From: a bacterium
Lineage (GTDB): Bacteria > Electryoneota > Electryoneia > Electryoneales > Electryoneaceae
DNA length: 43,364 nt
Direction: 5' to 3'
NCBI GenBank assembly: GCA_043801585.1
Contig: JAZDLX010000045.1
Location: 1-43,364, forward strand
The notes beneath the pieces are model-generated. The model worked only from the letters and a program-made list of their open reading frames with translations. It ran no database searches and was not told the DNA's origin. The stretch's first letter is position 1. Each line of letters opens with the position of its first letter. The position numbers and the translations under genes are program-made. Shown here piece by piece: positions 20,692-30,568 of this stretch.

Positions 20692-22112
20692 GAATCGCTC
20701 AGCCATTCCGTATGGAAAAATTCCCCCCGCGGTCTGTCCACCCGTTCATACGTGTGGGCGCCAAAGTAGTCCCGCTGGGCTTGAAGCAGGTTCGCGGGCA
20801 ACGTTTCTGTCCGATAGCTGTCGTAGTAGGCGAGGGCGCTGCTGAAAGCAGGAATGGGAATGCCGAGTTTGACCGCCTCTGCAATGACCCCGCGCCAGGC
20901 CTGCTGATTCTCGTCGATGGCAGCATGGAAATAGGGATCAAGCAGGAGGTTGGGCAGATCAGGCCTGTCATCAAACGCCTGCTTGATCTTTCCGAGGAAT
21001 TGCGCCCGAATGATGCAGCCACCGCGCCACATGAGTGCGATGTCACCGTAGTTCAGATCCCACCCGTATTCCTTTGCAGCAGCCCGCAACAGCTGGTAAC
21101 CCTGGGCATACGAACAGATCTTGGCGGCGTACAGCGCCCGGCGAATTTTTTCAACCAGGTCCACACTTTCGCCCTGCCATTTTGGATCAGGCCCGGTGAG
21201 GACTTTGGAGGCGGCCACCCGTTCCTCCTTGATCGCACTGACCGCACGCGCAAAAACCGCTTCCGCGATCGTCGGCGCTGGAACCCCGAGGTCGAGAGCC
21301 GCCTCACTCGTCCATTTCCCGGTGCCTTTCTGGCCTGCCGTATCAAGGATCACGTGAATCATCGGTTTGCCGGTCTCGGGGTCCACCTTGGCCATGATAT
21401 CTCGTGTGATCTCAATGAGATAGCTGTCCAGCTCGCTCTTGTTCCAGTTTTCGAACACATCATGCATCTCAGCCGGGTTCATCCCCAACGCACGCTCCAT
21501 CAGGGTGTAGGCTTCGCAGATCATCTGCATGTCGCCGTACTCGATCCCGTTGTGTACCATCTTGACAAAATGCCCGGCGCCATTCGGACCCAGCCATTCG
21601 CAACAAGGTGAGCCGTCTTCCACCTTGGCCGAAATACTCTGGAAGAGGGGTTTTACATAAGGCCACGCCCCGGGAGAACCCCCCGGCATGATCGAGGGAC
21701 CTTTCAGCGCACCTTCCTCACCGCCGGAAACACCCGTTCCGATGAACAGTACATTTTTCCTCTCCAGGTATGAGGTTCGTCGAATGGTATCCAGAAAGTG
21801 GCTGTTTCCCCCGTCGATGATGATATCCCCGGGTTCAAGATGAGGCAGGAGCTGTTCGATGAATTCGTCTACCGGCTTGCCCGCTTTGACCATCAGCATC
21901 ACCTTGCGGGGACTCTCCAGGTTGGCGACCAGTTCCTCAATCGTATGGAACCCGCCGATGTTTCTGCCCTTGGCACGGTGTGCTATGAACCGATCAACCT
22001 TTTCGATCGTGCGGTTGTAGACAGCAACAGAAAATCCGTGATTTTCCATGTTCAGGACCAGATTCTCTCCCATGACGGCGAGTCCGATCAAACCGATATT
22101 GTACGTCTTCAT
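20688..22112 (-). CDS. gnd: NADP-dependent 6-phosphogluconate dehydrogenase (decarboxylating)
   Basis: [60 protein letters not shown]. Confidence 0.97.
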   Translation of the reverse strand: MKTYNIGLIGLAVMGENLVLNMENHGFSVAVYNRTIEKVDRFIAHRAKGRNIGGFHTIEELVANLESPRKVMLMVKAGKPVDEFIEQLLPHLEPGDIIIDGGNSHFLDTIRRTSYLERKNVLFIGTGVSGGEEGALKGPSIMPGGSPGAWPYVKPLFQSISAKVEDGSPCCEWLGPNGAGHFVKMVHNGIEYGDMQMICEAYTLMERALGMNPAEMHDVFENWNKSELDSYLIEITRDIMAKVDPETGKPMIHVILDTAGQKGTGKWTSEAALDLGVPAPTIAEAVFARAVSAIKEERVAASKVLTGPDPKWQGESVDLVEKIRRALYAAKICSYAQGYQLLRAAAKEYGWDLNYGDIALMWRGGCIIRAQFLGKIKQAFDDRPDLPNLLLDPYFHAAIDENQQAWRGVIAEAVKLGIPIPAFSSALAYYDSYRTETLPANLLQAQRDYFGAHTYERVDRPRGEFFHTEWLSDS

Positions 22113-22200
22113 CTCTCACTCCTCGCATCAAGTGTCAGCGAATCAGGGTCATGGATTCCTGAGAAAATCCTGATTCCATGCGGATGAATCCAGAACAGGA

Positions 22201-22980
22201 TCAGATCGTTTTTGCCGTAAAACCACCATCAACTCGGATAATCGCGCCAGTGACGAAGGAAGAGGCTTTTTCCGACGCAAGCCAGATCACCGCTCCGGCC
22301 AGTTCCTCGGCTTCGCCGAATCTGTTCATTGGGGTGTGAGATAGAATCTTGGCGGTCCGTTCCCGGGTCAATAATTTTCGATTCTGCTCTGCTGGAAAGA
22401 ATCCCGGAGCAATGGTATTTACCCGGACGTTGTGCTCTGCCCATTCGCCCGCCAGCCACTGTGTCAGGTTGTTTACTCCAGCTTTGGAAATGCTGTAGGT
22501 AAATACTTTCGAAAGCGGGGGTCCCGAGCTCGCGGATGAGATGTTGATGATCGAACCACTCCGCTGATCGATCATCACCTGGCCGAAAACCTGGCAGGCG
22601 AGGAACATGCTCTTGAGATTCACATCGATAATTCTGTGCCATTCCTCCTCGCTGATTTCAAAAAAAGGAGTCGCCGAGTTCATTCCGGGAGCGTTCAACA
22701 GAACATCTATCCTGCCCCACGTGGAAAGGATCTGCTCCCGCGCAAGCTCCAGCTCAGTCCGGTTCGTGGCATCCAGACCGATTGCGATGCAATCCGATTC
22801 TGTTTTGATTCGGATCTCTTCCGCACGTTTTCTGGCGGCCTCTTCGTTGAGATCCAGCACGGCTACTTTTGCTCCTGCCAGACCCAGCGCCGAAGCCATT
22901 GAGCCGGCAAGCACTCCACCAGCTCCGATGGCAACGGCGACTCTCCCATCGAGGGAGTACAATGCGTCCAAATAGGCCAT
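22201..22980 (-). CDS. uxuB: SDR oxidoreductase, Bacillus-type fructuronate reductase / D-mannonate oxidoreductase
   Basis: GAGGVL, IINISS....PLSKV..YS.SKA...N.T.WLA, APGFF.AEQN..LL, TPM.RFG, VDGGF. Adjacent to uxaE. Confidence 0.7.
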   Translation of the reverse strand: MAYLDALYSLDGRVAVAIGAGGVLAGSMASALGLAGAKVAVLDLNEEAARKRAEEIRIKTESDCIAIGLDATNRTELELAREQILSTWGRIDVLLNAPGMNSATPFFEISEEEWHRIIDVNLKSMFLACQVFGQVMIDQRSGSIINISSASSGPPLSKVFTYSISKAGVNNLTQWLAGEWAEHNVRVNTIAPGFFPAEQNRKLLTRERTAKILSHTPMNRFGEAEELAGAVIWLASEKASSFVTGAIIRVDGGFTAKTI

Positions 22981-22996
22981 CGATCACCCCCCGGAA

Positions 22997-24592
22997 TTAA
23001 AGTCTTGGACGGTCATCACCCTGATGCCGGGTCGAACGAAACTGCCGCACATGCCGCTGAAAATGTTTGACGAGATTGGCATAATGCTGATCTTCATACG
23101 TTTCGAGCACGCTGAGAATCCTCTCCTTGAAGAGGTACGAACCATCGAATGCTCTGTCAGTCAAAATCCGTCCGAATGTTACGTGAAGCACCTGCCTTGC
23201 ATCGTCCGAATCAAAGAGACGTTCCAGATCCGAATTCTTCAACGCTGTGCCCTGCGGTACATTGTCGAGCACCGCCGACACGTGATAGGATCTTCGCTCC
23301 GTTTCGTACAACTTCCGACTGTACTCGAGAATCTCCCGCATCAGTTCCGGTTGCACCTGGGCAACCGTACGAAGCGCTTCGAGATAGCTCGTCCCTGCCG
23401 TTTTTACATGGACAGGGCTGCCCTTCAGCTCTCCGATAACTCTGTACACAGAAAATTTGTCACTCCCGGAATGGATACTCAGTTTGTATCCTCCGAGATG
23501 TCGGGCAATCTCCAGATGTTTTCGGTATTCCCTGCGAAACTCTCCAAGATCACCACGAAAGTCGATCCCTTTTTCGAAGGTACCGACGAACCTCGGCGCG
23601 AGACTGATGAGCTCGACATCAAGACGCTTCAATTCGCTGGCAACGAAATAGTGTTCGAAAGGTGATGTCACCGATTCCGTCTCATCCACAGACATCTCGA
23701 ATTCGCAGGGATGGTCAGGATAGCGTCGTTTCAGGTAACGGAACATGGTGACGGTATGGGCCAGGGACTTGCCATATTTCACAGCAGCACGCAACACCTC
23801 ATCCCTCGAGGGTTGAAGGCTGAATCCGGATGAAAATCCGATTTCTCGTCCAGAATAACGGTCGACAAGCTCCGTCGCGGTGGTGTCCATTTCGTCGAAC
23901 GGAACATCCTTAAAGCGATCCTCCAGTTCTGCTGGAGCAAGGATGTCGGCTTCGTTGATGACGTGATCTCCCGGATCAATGGTGAAAAAGTTGAATCCCG
24001 CCGCGACCATCCTGTCAACATCAGCAGGGGATTTCAGATGATCCGCATCCGCCCCAAACCCGTCATGGTATCCTTCCTGAAAAACGGTCCATACGGCCGC
24101 ATCCATTACATCCTGAGGTTCTCGTCCGGTCCGGTTGAGTTCGCGGATGGACTGCTGTGCGAGGATCGGCCTGAATCCACTCCCGAGTATCCCTCGCAAC
24201 TGGCCGGGACCTGCCACTCCCAACCGATCTCCGAGTCCGAAGGAATCCGAAGTCCCAAGCAGCACGGGACGGGTGAATGCGAACCGCTGCTGGATCTGCT
24301 TTGCATTCTCGTGATTCATGGAAAGACGCAGCAGTCGTGCTCCCCTGTCCAACACGCCCACTTCTTCGATATCCGCGAAATCGGTGAGTACATCCTCAAC
24401 GCTTTTCAAGACCGCGTATAGATGCTTGCCCCGTAAGTCCCGCCCGATAAAAAACAGCGTCTCGCCATGACGATGAACCGACCGCGGATAACACCCTGTT
24501 CTCCAAGACTCGTCAGATATTTCCCATCGAAGACCGTTGTCTTCAGGAGGTGACTCCAGCAGACGGAGCAGTGATTCGTAACTCAGTGTCAC
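22997..24592 (-). CDS. uxaE: Tagaturonate/fructuronate epimerase
   Basis: SFGLGDRLG, AQQSIREL.RTGR, FGADADHLK, EMSVDET, FEKGIDF, YKLSIHSGSDKFS, HVKTAGTSYLEA. Confidence 0.93.
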   Translation of the reverse strand: MTLSYESLLRLLESPPEDNGLRWEISDESWRTGCYPRSVHRHGETLFFIGRDLRGKHLYAVLKSVEDVLTDFADIEEVGVLDRGARLLRLSMNHENAKQIQQRFAFTRPVLLGTSDSFGLGDRLGVAGPGQLRGILGSGFRPILAQQSIRELNRTGREPQDVMDAAVWTVFQEGYHDGFGADADHLKSPADVDRMVAAGFNFFTIDPGDHVINEADILAPAELEDRFKDVPFDEMDTTATELVDRYSGREIGFSSGFSLQPSRDEVLRAAVKYGKSLAHTVTMFRYLKRRYPDHPCEFEMSVDETESVTSPFEHYFVASELKRLDVELISLAPRFVGTFEKGIDFRGDLGEFRREYRKHLEIARHLGGYKLSIHSGSDKFSVYRVIGELKGSPVHVKTAGTSYLEALRTVAQVQPELMREILEYSRKLYETERRSYHVSAVLDNVPQGTALKNSDLERLFDSDDARQVLHVTFGRILTDRAFDGSYLFKERILSVLETYEDQHYANLVKHFQRHVRQFRSTRHQGDDRPRL

Positions 24593-24673
24593 GATCCATT
24601 GTCCTTTCCTTCGAATGACCTCGATGTACGGTCAAAAAATAAAAACCATCCGAGAACAGGTCACAATCCTCGC

Positions 24674-25843
24674 CTACTCACCAGTCGAGCGTTTTCCGTT
24701 GGGAGCAATAATCAGATCCCCGCCTGCAATGTCCTCCCACCTGTAATAGTGAAAGGTCCTGTTGTCGGACATCGCCACGAACAATCCCTTGCTGAATTTG
24801 TCGTTCAAGACAGCATTCGTGACATCGGAACCATCGCTCTCAGTTGTCGAAACGTTGATAACTTTCAAGAGCGGATGGCTGTGCGGATTGCCTGCTTCCC
24901 CTTCACGCGGAAAGATCCGGAACTTGTTCGCTCCCTGGTCAGAGACGAGGATATAACCCGTTCCGTCATCGATCATATAGATCGAGATGCCCTCGTTGTC
25001 ATCGGAAAACATATCCGTTCCAAAGAGAGCGAGCTGGACGTTGGCGTCCGCTGCATCCGGGTCGGCTTCGTACTTTCTCACACCAATAGTTTCATCGCAG
25101 TAGTAGATGTACCCCAAAGAGTCGTCCACGGCGATGGCCTCGATTTCCTTGATTTCGCTGTACTCACCAAATTTGCGAACTACGGTGCCCTTGACGTTTC
25201 CGGTACCATCATCCTCGAGTAGATATTGCCAGAGGTAGCTCCCCGACGGTCCTTCTTTGCGGCCAACAATGGCGAAGATCGCACCGTCCGTGGGCCGCCT
25301 GTAAAGTGCGATGCCCATGGGAGCGCGAAGACTATCTCCAACAAACACTTCAATCCCACCATTATCAACCTGCTTCATTTCCGGCAGGCTGAAAACACGG
25401 ATTCGACTCGTATATCGTTCGGTGGTCACAGCGATATCAACGGGTTCGCCGCTGAGCATAAGTCCGTATTCAACATCAACGTTATTTGGCCGTTTCAAGT
25501 TGCGGACAGTCTTTTCCTCGATGATTCTGCCTTCGAGGTCATAGACGTACAAGGCCCCGTCCTGATCCTTGTCGGTTCCGATAATCAGGCTCTGTGCCCT
25601 GTCATCCGGGTTCAGCCAGATCGCGGGATCATCCGTATCGTGCAACGTGGGTTGTGTGATTACTACGGGTTTCAGAACTGCCATGGGCGGCGCAGGAGGT
25701 GCAGGTGAAGCCGTGGGTGGCGGTTGTTCAGGAACCGTTTTCGCAGTCGTCATCGCTGTTTGTGAACCGATGCAACCCGATGTTCCGATCAGTATCAGCA
25801 ACAGGGCTGCCAGCGTAATGATTTGTTGAGTTCTTGTTCTCAT
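24674..25843 (-). CDS. phy: Beta-propeller 3-phytase, predicted lipoprotein
   Basis: DTDDPAIW, IIGTDK, NNVDVEYG, EIEAIAVD, DNEGISIY, GYILVSDQG, ESDG, GLFVAM. Lipobox GTSGC followed by a Pro-rich linker. Confidence 0.92.
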   Translation of the reverse strand: MRTRTQQIITLAALLLILIGTSGCIGSQTAMTTAKTVPEQPPPTASPAPPAPPMAVLKPVVITQPTLHDTDDPAIWLNPDDRAQSLIIGTDKDQDGALYVYDLEGRIIEEKTVRNLKRPNNVDVEYGLMLSGEPVDIAVTTERYTSRIRVFSLPEMKQVDNGGIEVFVGDSLRAPMGIALYRRPTDGAIFAIVGRKEGPSGSYLWQYLLEDDGTGNVKGTVVRKFGEYSEIKEIEAIAVDDSLGYIYYCDETIGVRKYEADPDAADANVQLALFGTDMFSDDNEGISIYMIDDGTGYILVSDQGANKFRIFPREGEAGNPHSHPLLKVINVSTTESDGSDVTNAVLNDKFSKGLFVAMSDNRTFHYYRWEDIAGGDLIIAPNGKRSTGE

Positions 25844-25919
25844 CTCTTTGTACCCCTCTTTGAATGAGCTCGTTTTTGCAACTCACCGGACAATCCACGT
25901 CTCAGAATCTTCAGTCCCC

Positions 25920-27086
25920 TCATCGAAGCGTAACGGTCTGAGTCAATTCATAGGGTCCACCGAAACCATTGTTTCGATAGAATTCAACCTTGACCCCTTC
26001 ACCCTTGATCACAATTCTCAGGAATGTGCTGCGTGAAAACGTGGAATTGGCCCAGAAGCGATCGATGTATTCCTGACGCATTTCAGTGCTGTCCTTGAAG
26101 GCCTGGTAAATGGCGAGCAGGGCTTTGACCGGAGACTCTTCCGAGAGACCTTCAGCGCGAAGCCAGCCGTCATACTTCGATTTCTTCTCCATGTATCTCT
26201 TGAGGACCGATTGCTCGCTGGACAGATCGTCTTCGTAGCCCTTGGCGAGGCATTCAGTGATGTCCTCATAGATCGTCTGCGGCGCCGGATCATCCTCGAT
26301 CCCGCGTGCATGACCCGAATCGATCTGCCATACTCCGTTCAGGTTTCCGTAGGAGGTGTTGTGGGTGTGACCGCACAAATACGCCACCACGCGATGTTTC
26401 AAGAGGAGCTGGTGAAACTGGAAATTGGTATTTTCATCGATTGTCAGGATATCATCGACGTGGCGGAGACGCCCGCTGTCCATATCCGGAAGTGAGATGA
26501 TCGGTTCATGGCCGATGACGAACAGCAGAGGTTTGTCCGATTCACTGAGATCCCTTTCAAGCCAATCGAGGATCTCGGGAACGATACGGCCCTCAGTGGC
26601 CGCATCTGAGACTCCGTCGTAGTACTGGTTGATGACTGCAAAATGACTGTTGCCCCAATCAAAGGAGTAGGTCGTCGCCTCTGATCCGGGTGGTCCGGTG
26701 CGAACCAGATTCGGCAGTGACACTCCATCATCGTTGTAGTGCCTCAGGTATTCCAGATACTCCTCTTCGGCAAGCTCATGGTTTCCAATGACGGGGTACC
26801 AGGGATACTCCTCGCCAAAAACGATGTCAACACACTCCCGTACCGCGTAAGGCGGATCAATGTCCCCCGGGGAAATCAGGAACTGACCATTTCCCACCTT
26901 TTTCATCGCCTCGAGTGCACCGAGGAAATACTTGCTGTTTCTATACTCCTCCGTCGCCCAGTATCTCATGTCTGCGGCAACGAAAAAGGACCAATCCTTG
27001 TCTTTCTTCCCCCATGCGTGGGCATCCGTCCCGGTAAGAGAAAAGACGACGATGGTCAACCAGATGAACAGTAATCTCTTTTGCAT
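25920..27086 (-). CDS. Secreted calcineurin-like metallophosphoesterase
   Basis: Signal peptide ending AHA; AD.R, GDID, GNHE, GHEP, GHTH metal-ligand motifs. Confidence 0.85.
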   Translation of the reverse strand: MQKRLLFIWLTIVVFSLTGTDAHAWGKKDKDWSFFVAADMRYWATEEYRNSKYFLGALEAMKKVGNGQFLISPGDIDPPYAVRECVDIVFGEEYPWYPVIGNHELAEEEYLEYLRHYNDDGVSLPNLVRTGPPGSEATTYSFDWGNSHFAVINQYYDGVSDAATEGRIVPEILDWLERDLSESDKPLLFVIGHEPIISLPDMDSGRLRHVDDILTIDENTNFQFHQLLLKHRVVAYLCGHTHNTSYGNLNGVWQIDSGHARGIEDDPAPQTIYEDITECLAKGYEDDLSSEQSVLKRYMEKKSKYDGWLRAEGLSEESPVKALLAIYQAFKDSTEMRQEYIDRFWANSTFSRSTFLRIVIKGEGVKVEFYRNNGFGGPYELTQTVTLR

Positions 27087-27243
27087 GATCTGACCTTTGT
27101 TTCTCTATCCCAATTCCGGCTTTAGCAGCAGAGCTCCAGCGGTCGAACGTCGACCCGAAAACCACTGGTAGAACGTGCTGTTGATACTCCATCCCTTCGC
27201 TCATTCCGCACTTGATCTGGTTCCCTGACTGCCCCTTTGTTCA

Positions 27244-28131
27244 CTATTGCCGATATTTCTCATTGACCAATCGTTCGATATCGCTCAAAGGCCGTTTGAT
27301 CGGTCCCTCAGCCTCCATCTTCAGGCTGGTTGTAGCCGCGGACCAGAGAACCGCTTCGGCAGGTTCGGCAGACAGACGCTTGGCGGCGTAGGAAGCGATG
27401 CAAGTATCACCCCTCCCGCTTCTCCCGACCAGTCTCTCGACATGGAACGGAGCCTCATGGTATCGCCCTTCAGCGCGAACGAGTATTCCATGGCGATGGG
27501 TTAGCACGACTTCTTTCGGACCGTACCCGGCAAGGATGTCGGTCGCCCGGTACATATTCGACTCCCCTGTAAGTGATTCCGCTTCTTTCGCGTCCGTCTT
27601 GAGGATGTCAATCAACGAGAGGAGTTCACTCATTTCAGGCCATTCCGCGTGAACGAGCAATCCGTCCTCTGCTATGATTCGCAGAAATCCCTGAACGTCC
27701 GCGACCAGCATTCCGGCGCGATGCCGCAACTCACGGATCACTTCGAGAGGGGCTTCCCCGCGAATCGAAGCGTTGATCAGGAATGCTCTGGCATCCAAAC
27801 CGTCGAACTGGTCGAGAGTGTATGAACCAGCGTCATTTGTGCAATAGAGTTTTCGTTCATCGGGGTTATCGGTTGGATACTCGAGCCGCATGTGTGTCGA
27901 TGAAGAAGTGAAATGCGGATAGACCACAATCCCAGCCTGCTCGAGATTCTCAACGATCTGCGAGTCCGACTGGGCAAGCCGGGTAACCGCAGCGACTTTC
28001 AGGCCAAGCGCTGCGACGGCGTGTGCACCGTAATTGAACCCGCCACCGTCGACATACCTCGTTCCCGCCGAAGAAACGATGGTGTCCTTGGTGTAATTCC
28101 CGAAAATGACTACATCAAAACGTCTGTTCAT
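27244..28131 (-). CDS. PfkB/ribokinase-family kinase, homolog of the PPi-dependent myo-inositol kinase TM0415 (IolK)
   Basis: ADVQGFLR, LKTD..EAE.LTG, EAPF, GRSGRGDTC, SLKM...GP. Confidence 0.82.
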   Translation of the reverse strand: MNRRFDVVIFGNYTKDTIVSSAGTRYVDGGGFNYGAHAVAALGLKVAAVTRLAQSDSQIVENLEQAGIVVYPHFTSSSTHMRLEYPTDNPDERKLYCTNDAGSYTLDQFDGLDARAFLINASIRGEAPLEVIRELRHRAGMLVADVQGFLRIIAEDGLLVHAEWPEMSELLSLIDILKTDAKEAESLTGESNMYRATDILAGYGPKEVVLTHRHGILVRAEGRYHEAPFHVERLVGRSGRGDTCIASYAAKRLSAEPAEAVLWSAATTSLKMEAEGPIKRPLSDIERLVNEKYRQ

Positions 28132-28146
28132 CTTTCGTCCTGTCTG

Positions 28147-29499
28147 TTATTCGCTGTACTTCGCATTCCACAACGACGTTGCTAGGATCAGCGATATGAT
28201 CGAAGCGCCGACCCAGAAATAGATTACCGTGGTAAAGTCGTAGTACCTCACTCCCTCTACCAGCGTCATACCCTTCTGAATCAGGTAGCCGCTGATGCGT
28301 TCCTGAGTGGCGGCGGCGAGATAGCTGAAGACACCGATGACGCCCATCACTGCGCCCGCTGCTTTCTTTGGAGCGATATCCGTGGCAAACAGGCCTCCGA
28401 GCGTTGTCACCAGTCCGTTCATGGAAAATCCGTACATGACAAAAGCGAACATGAGCAGGATCGGTTGCCCCGGCGGGGCGAAGAAAATGATGAAAAGGGC
28501 GACGATTTCAATCAATCCGAAAATCAGCGTGACTGGAGGGCGTCGGGCGTTGAAAAGCTTGTCGGAGGCATAACCATACGCCAGGCATCCAACGATTCCC
28601 GAGACAGTGTTCAGACCGAGAATACCGCCCGCCTCAACGAGTGAGTATCCTTTCGCCTCCTGAAGATAGAGAATCCCCCAGGAATTGATTGCGTAACGGG
28701 TTACGTAAGTGGTAGCGCTTGCCAGTCCGAGAACCCATATCGCAGGCAACTTGAAGATAAAGAGCTGTGTTTTCCATGTTTTGAGCGGTTGACCGTCGGC
28801 ACCTTTCACAGGATTGCCGTGATCGTTCTTCCATTCCGCAACAGTCGGCAGTCCAAGGGTTCGGGGACGATCTTGCAGCAGGGTATAGATACCCACAGCC
28901 GCGAGGATGCAGAGAATCGCAGGACCGATGAACCCTCCCCGCCAGCCGAACCACGTGACGAACGCTGCAACAAGTACGAACGTCAGTCCTTCACCGATTG
29001 AATGGGCGGTACTCCAGATGCCGTAGAATCGGCCACGCTCCCTGTTACTGAACCAACTGGTCAGGGTCACAATACCCGACGGCGCGCCGAATCCCTGGAA
29101 CCAACCATTCAGGGCCCAGAGAATCACCCAGATCCAGAGGATCGTGGATGAAATTCCCATCATCAGGTTGATCAACGCGGAGACCAGAACGCCGAAGGCA
29201 AAAAACTTCCTGATATTGGCGTGATCCGAGAGAAAACCGTTGGTCAGCTTACCGAACGCATAGGTATAAAAAATCGCAGAACCGATAATTCCCAACTCTT
29301 CAGCTGAAAAAATATTGCCGTCAATCAATGGCTTTTTCACAACTGACAACGCCAGCCTGCAGGTATAGACAACTCCATACCCGAGGGTGATCGCAAGCAT
29401 TACGGAGATTCGATGTTTCCGATAGAGCCGGTCCACCTCCTGTTTGTCCTCGATGAGTGGTTTGTCCACCCCGGATTTGAAAAAGTTCACCAAGTTCAC
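28147..29499 (-). CDS. MFS transporter, organophosphate:Pi antiporter (GlpT/UhpC) family
   Basis: GY...Y.CR, YAFGK..NGFLSD, NGWFQG.G, W....ERG..YGIW...H.IG, Y.TRY...SW...YL. The start could also be the GTG at 29511. Confidence 0.88.
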   Translation of the reverse strand: MNLVNFFKSGVDKPLIEDKQEVDRLYRKHRISVMLAITLGYGVVYTCRLALSVVKKPLIDGNIFSAEELGIIGSAIFYTYAFGKLTNGFLSDHANIRKFFAFGVLVSALINLMMGISSTILWIWVILWALNGWFQGFGAPSGIVTLTSWFSNRERGRFYGIWSTAHSIGEGLTFVLVAAFVTWFGWRGGFIGPAILCILAAVGIYTLLQDRPRTLGLPTVAEWKNDHGNPVKGADGQPLKTWKTQLFIFKLPAIWVLGLASATTYVTRYAINSWGILYLQEAKGYSLVEAGGILGLNTVSGIVGCLAYGYASDKLFNARRPPVTLIFGLIEIVALFIIFFAPPGQPILLMFAFVMYGFSMNGLVTTLGGLFATDIAPKKAAGAVMGVIGVFSYLAAATQERISGYLIQKGMTLVEGVRYYDFTTVIYFWVGASIISLILATSLWNAKYSE

Positions 29500-29575
29500 G
29501 CACGCCCCCACTATGATTCACAACTTGGTCAGTCTCGCGGATCCGAACAGCCGTCGAAAACCAGTCTTGTAACTC

Positions 29576-30568
29576 CTATTCAACCTTCACCGGGCGCCCC
29601 TCTTTCAGCGATTTCATTGCGGCCAGACCGATGAGTATCGGCTTCAAGCCGTCCATGCCGCTTACCGGAGGATTGGTATCTTCGAGAATCGCCTGCAAAA
29701 ACGCCTCGACCTCGATCTGAAAGGAAACCTGATAGCGATCGAGGAAAAAATCGAGTGGACGGTCTGTCGTGACCCCTTCATTCGTCATCAGCATCGTCGT
29801 TGTATGCGTTTCGTTCGCTGCGCAGATACTCCCTTTCGATCCGAACACCTCGATTCGCTGATCGTACCCATAGACCGCCTTGCGACTGTTGTCGATTACA
29901 GCGAGGGCACCATTTTTCAGACGAATTGTGGTGATGGCCGTATCCACATCGCCAACCTCCGCAAATGCCCTGTCTGCTAAAACAGCTCCCGCGGCGAAGA
30001 CCTCTTCCACCTCACTCGAGGAGAGATAGCGAACCATATCGAAATCGTGAATCGTCATGTCAAGGAACATGCCACCTGAATCCCTTATGTACTCGGTGGA
30101 TGGAGGGGCGGGGTCACGAGCCGTGATCCGGATGTAGTAAACCTGACCGATCTTGCCAGCATCCACATCCTCCTTGATACGTCTGAAATTCGGATCGAAA
30201 CGCCTGTTGAAGCCTATCTGGAGCTTTACACCTGCCTTGCTCACCTCGGCCAAGGCCTCTCGGATTCGCTCAGGGTTGAGAGCGATCGGTTTTTCGCAGA
30301 AGATGTGCTTGTTCGCTCGGGCTGCCTGGATGATGTGATCGGCATGAAGTGGTGATGGTGAGAGGATCAGGACAGCATCGATTTCCGCGTCTGCAAACAC
30401 ATCCTCCGGCTGTTTCGACCAGTCCAGTCCGTGGGAGACTGCCCACGTCTCATCGATGTAAGGATCGGCGATCCGCTTCACCCGGATATTAGGTATCCGG
30501 ATCAGGTTTTCCGTATGAAGTTTTCCGATCCGACCTGCCCCGACAATACCGAGAGTGATCTGTTTCAT
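29576..30568 (-). CDS. iolG: Inositol 2-dehydrogenase (Gfo/Idh/MocA), copy 2
   Basis: GAGRIG..H, HIFCEKP, GFNRRFD, RDP.PP, SGGMFLDMTIHDFD, YGYDQRIEVFGSKG. Confidence 0.9.
   Translation of the reverse strand: MKQITLGIVGAGRIGKLHTENLIRIPNIRVKRIADPYIDETWAVSHGLDWSKQPEDVFADAEIDAVLILSPSPLHADHIIQAARANKHIFCEKPIALNPERIREALAEVSKAGVKLQIGFNRRFDPNFRRIKEDVDAGKIGQVYYIRITARDPAPPSTEYIRDSGGMFLDMTIHDFDMVRYLSSSEVEEVFAAGAVLADRAFAEVGDVDTAITTIRLKNGALAVIDNSRKAVYGYDQRIEVFGSKGSICAANETHTTTMLMTNEGVTTDRPLDFFLDRYQVSFQIEVEAFLQAILEDTNPPVSGMDGLKPILIGLAAMKSLKEGRPVKVE

Noticed and set aside
19990..21611. Plus-strand ORFs of 259 aa and 299 aa opposite the larA-like gene and gnd
   Set aside because: Antisense shadow ORFs with no domain signatures.
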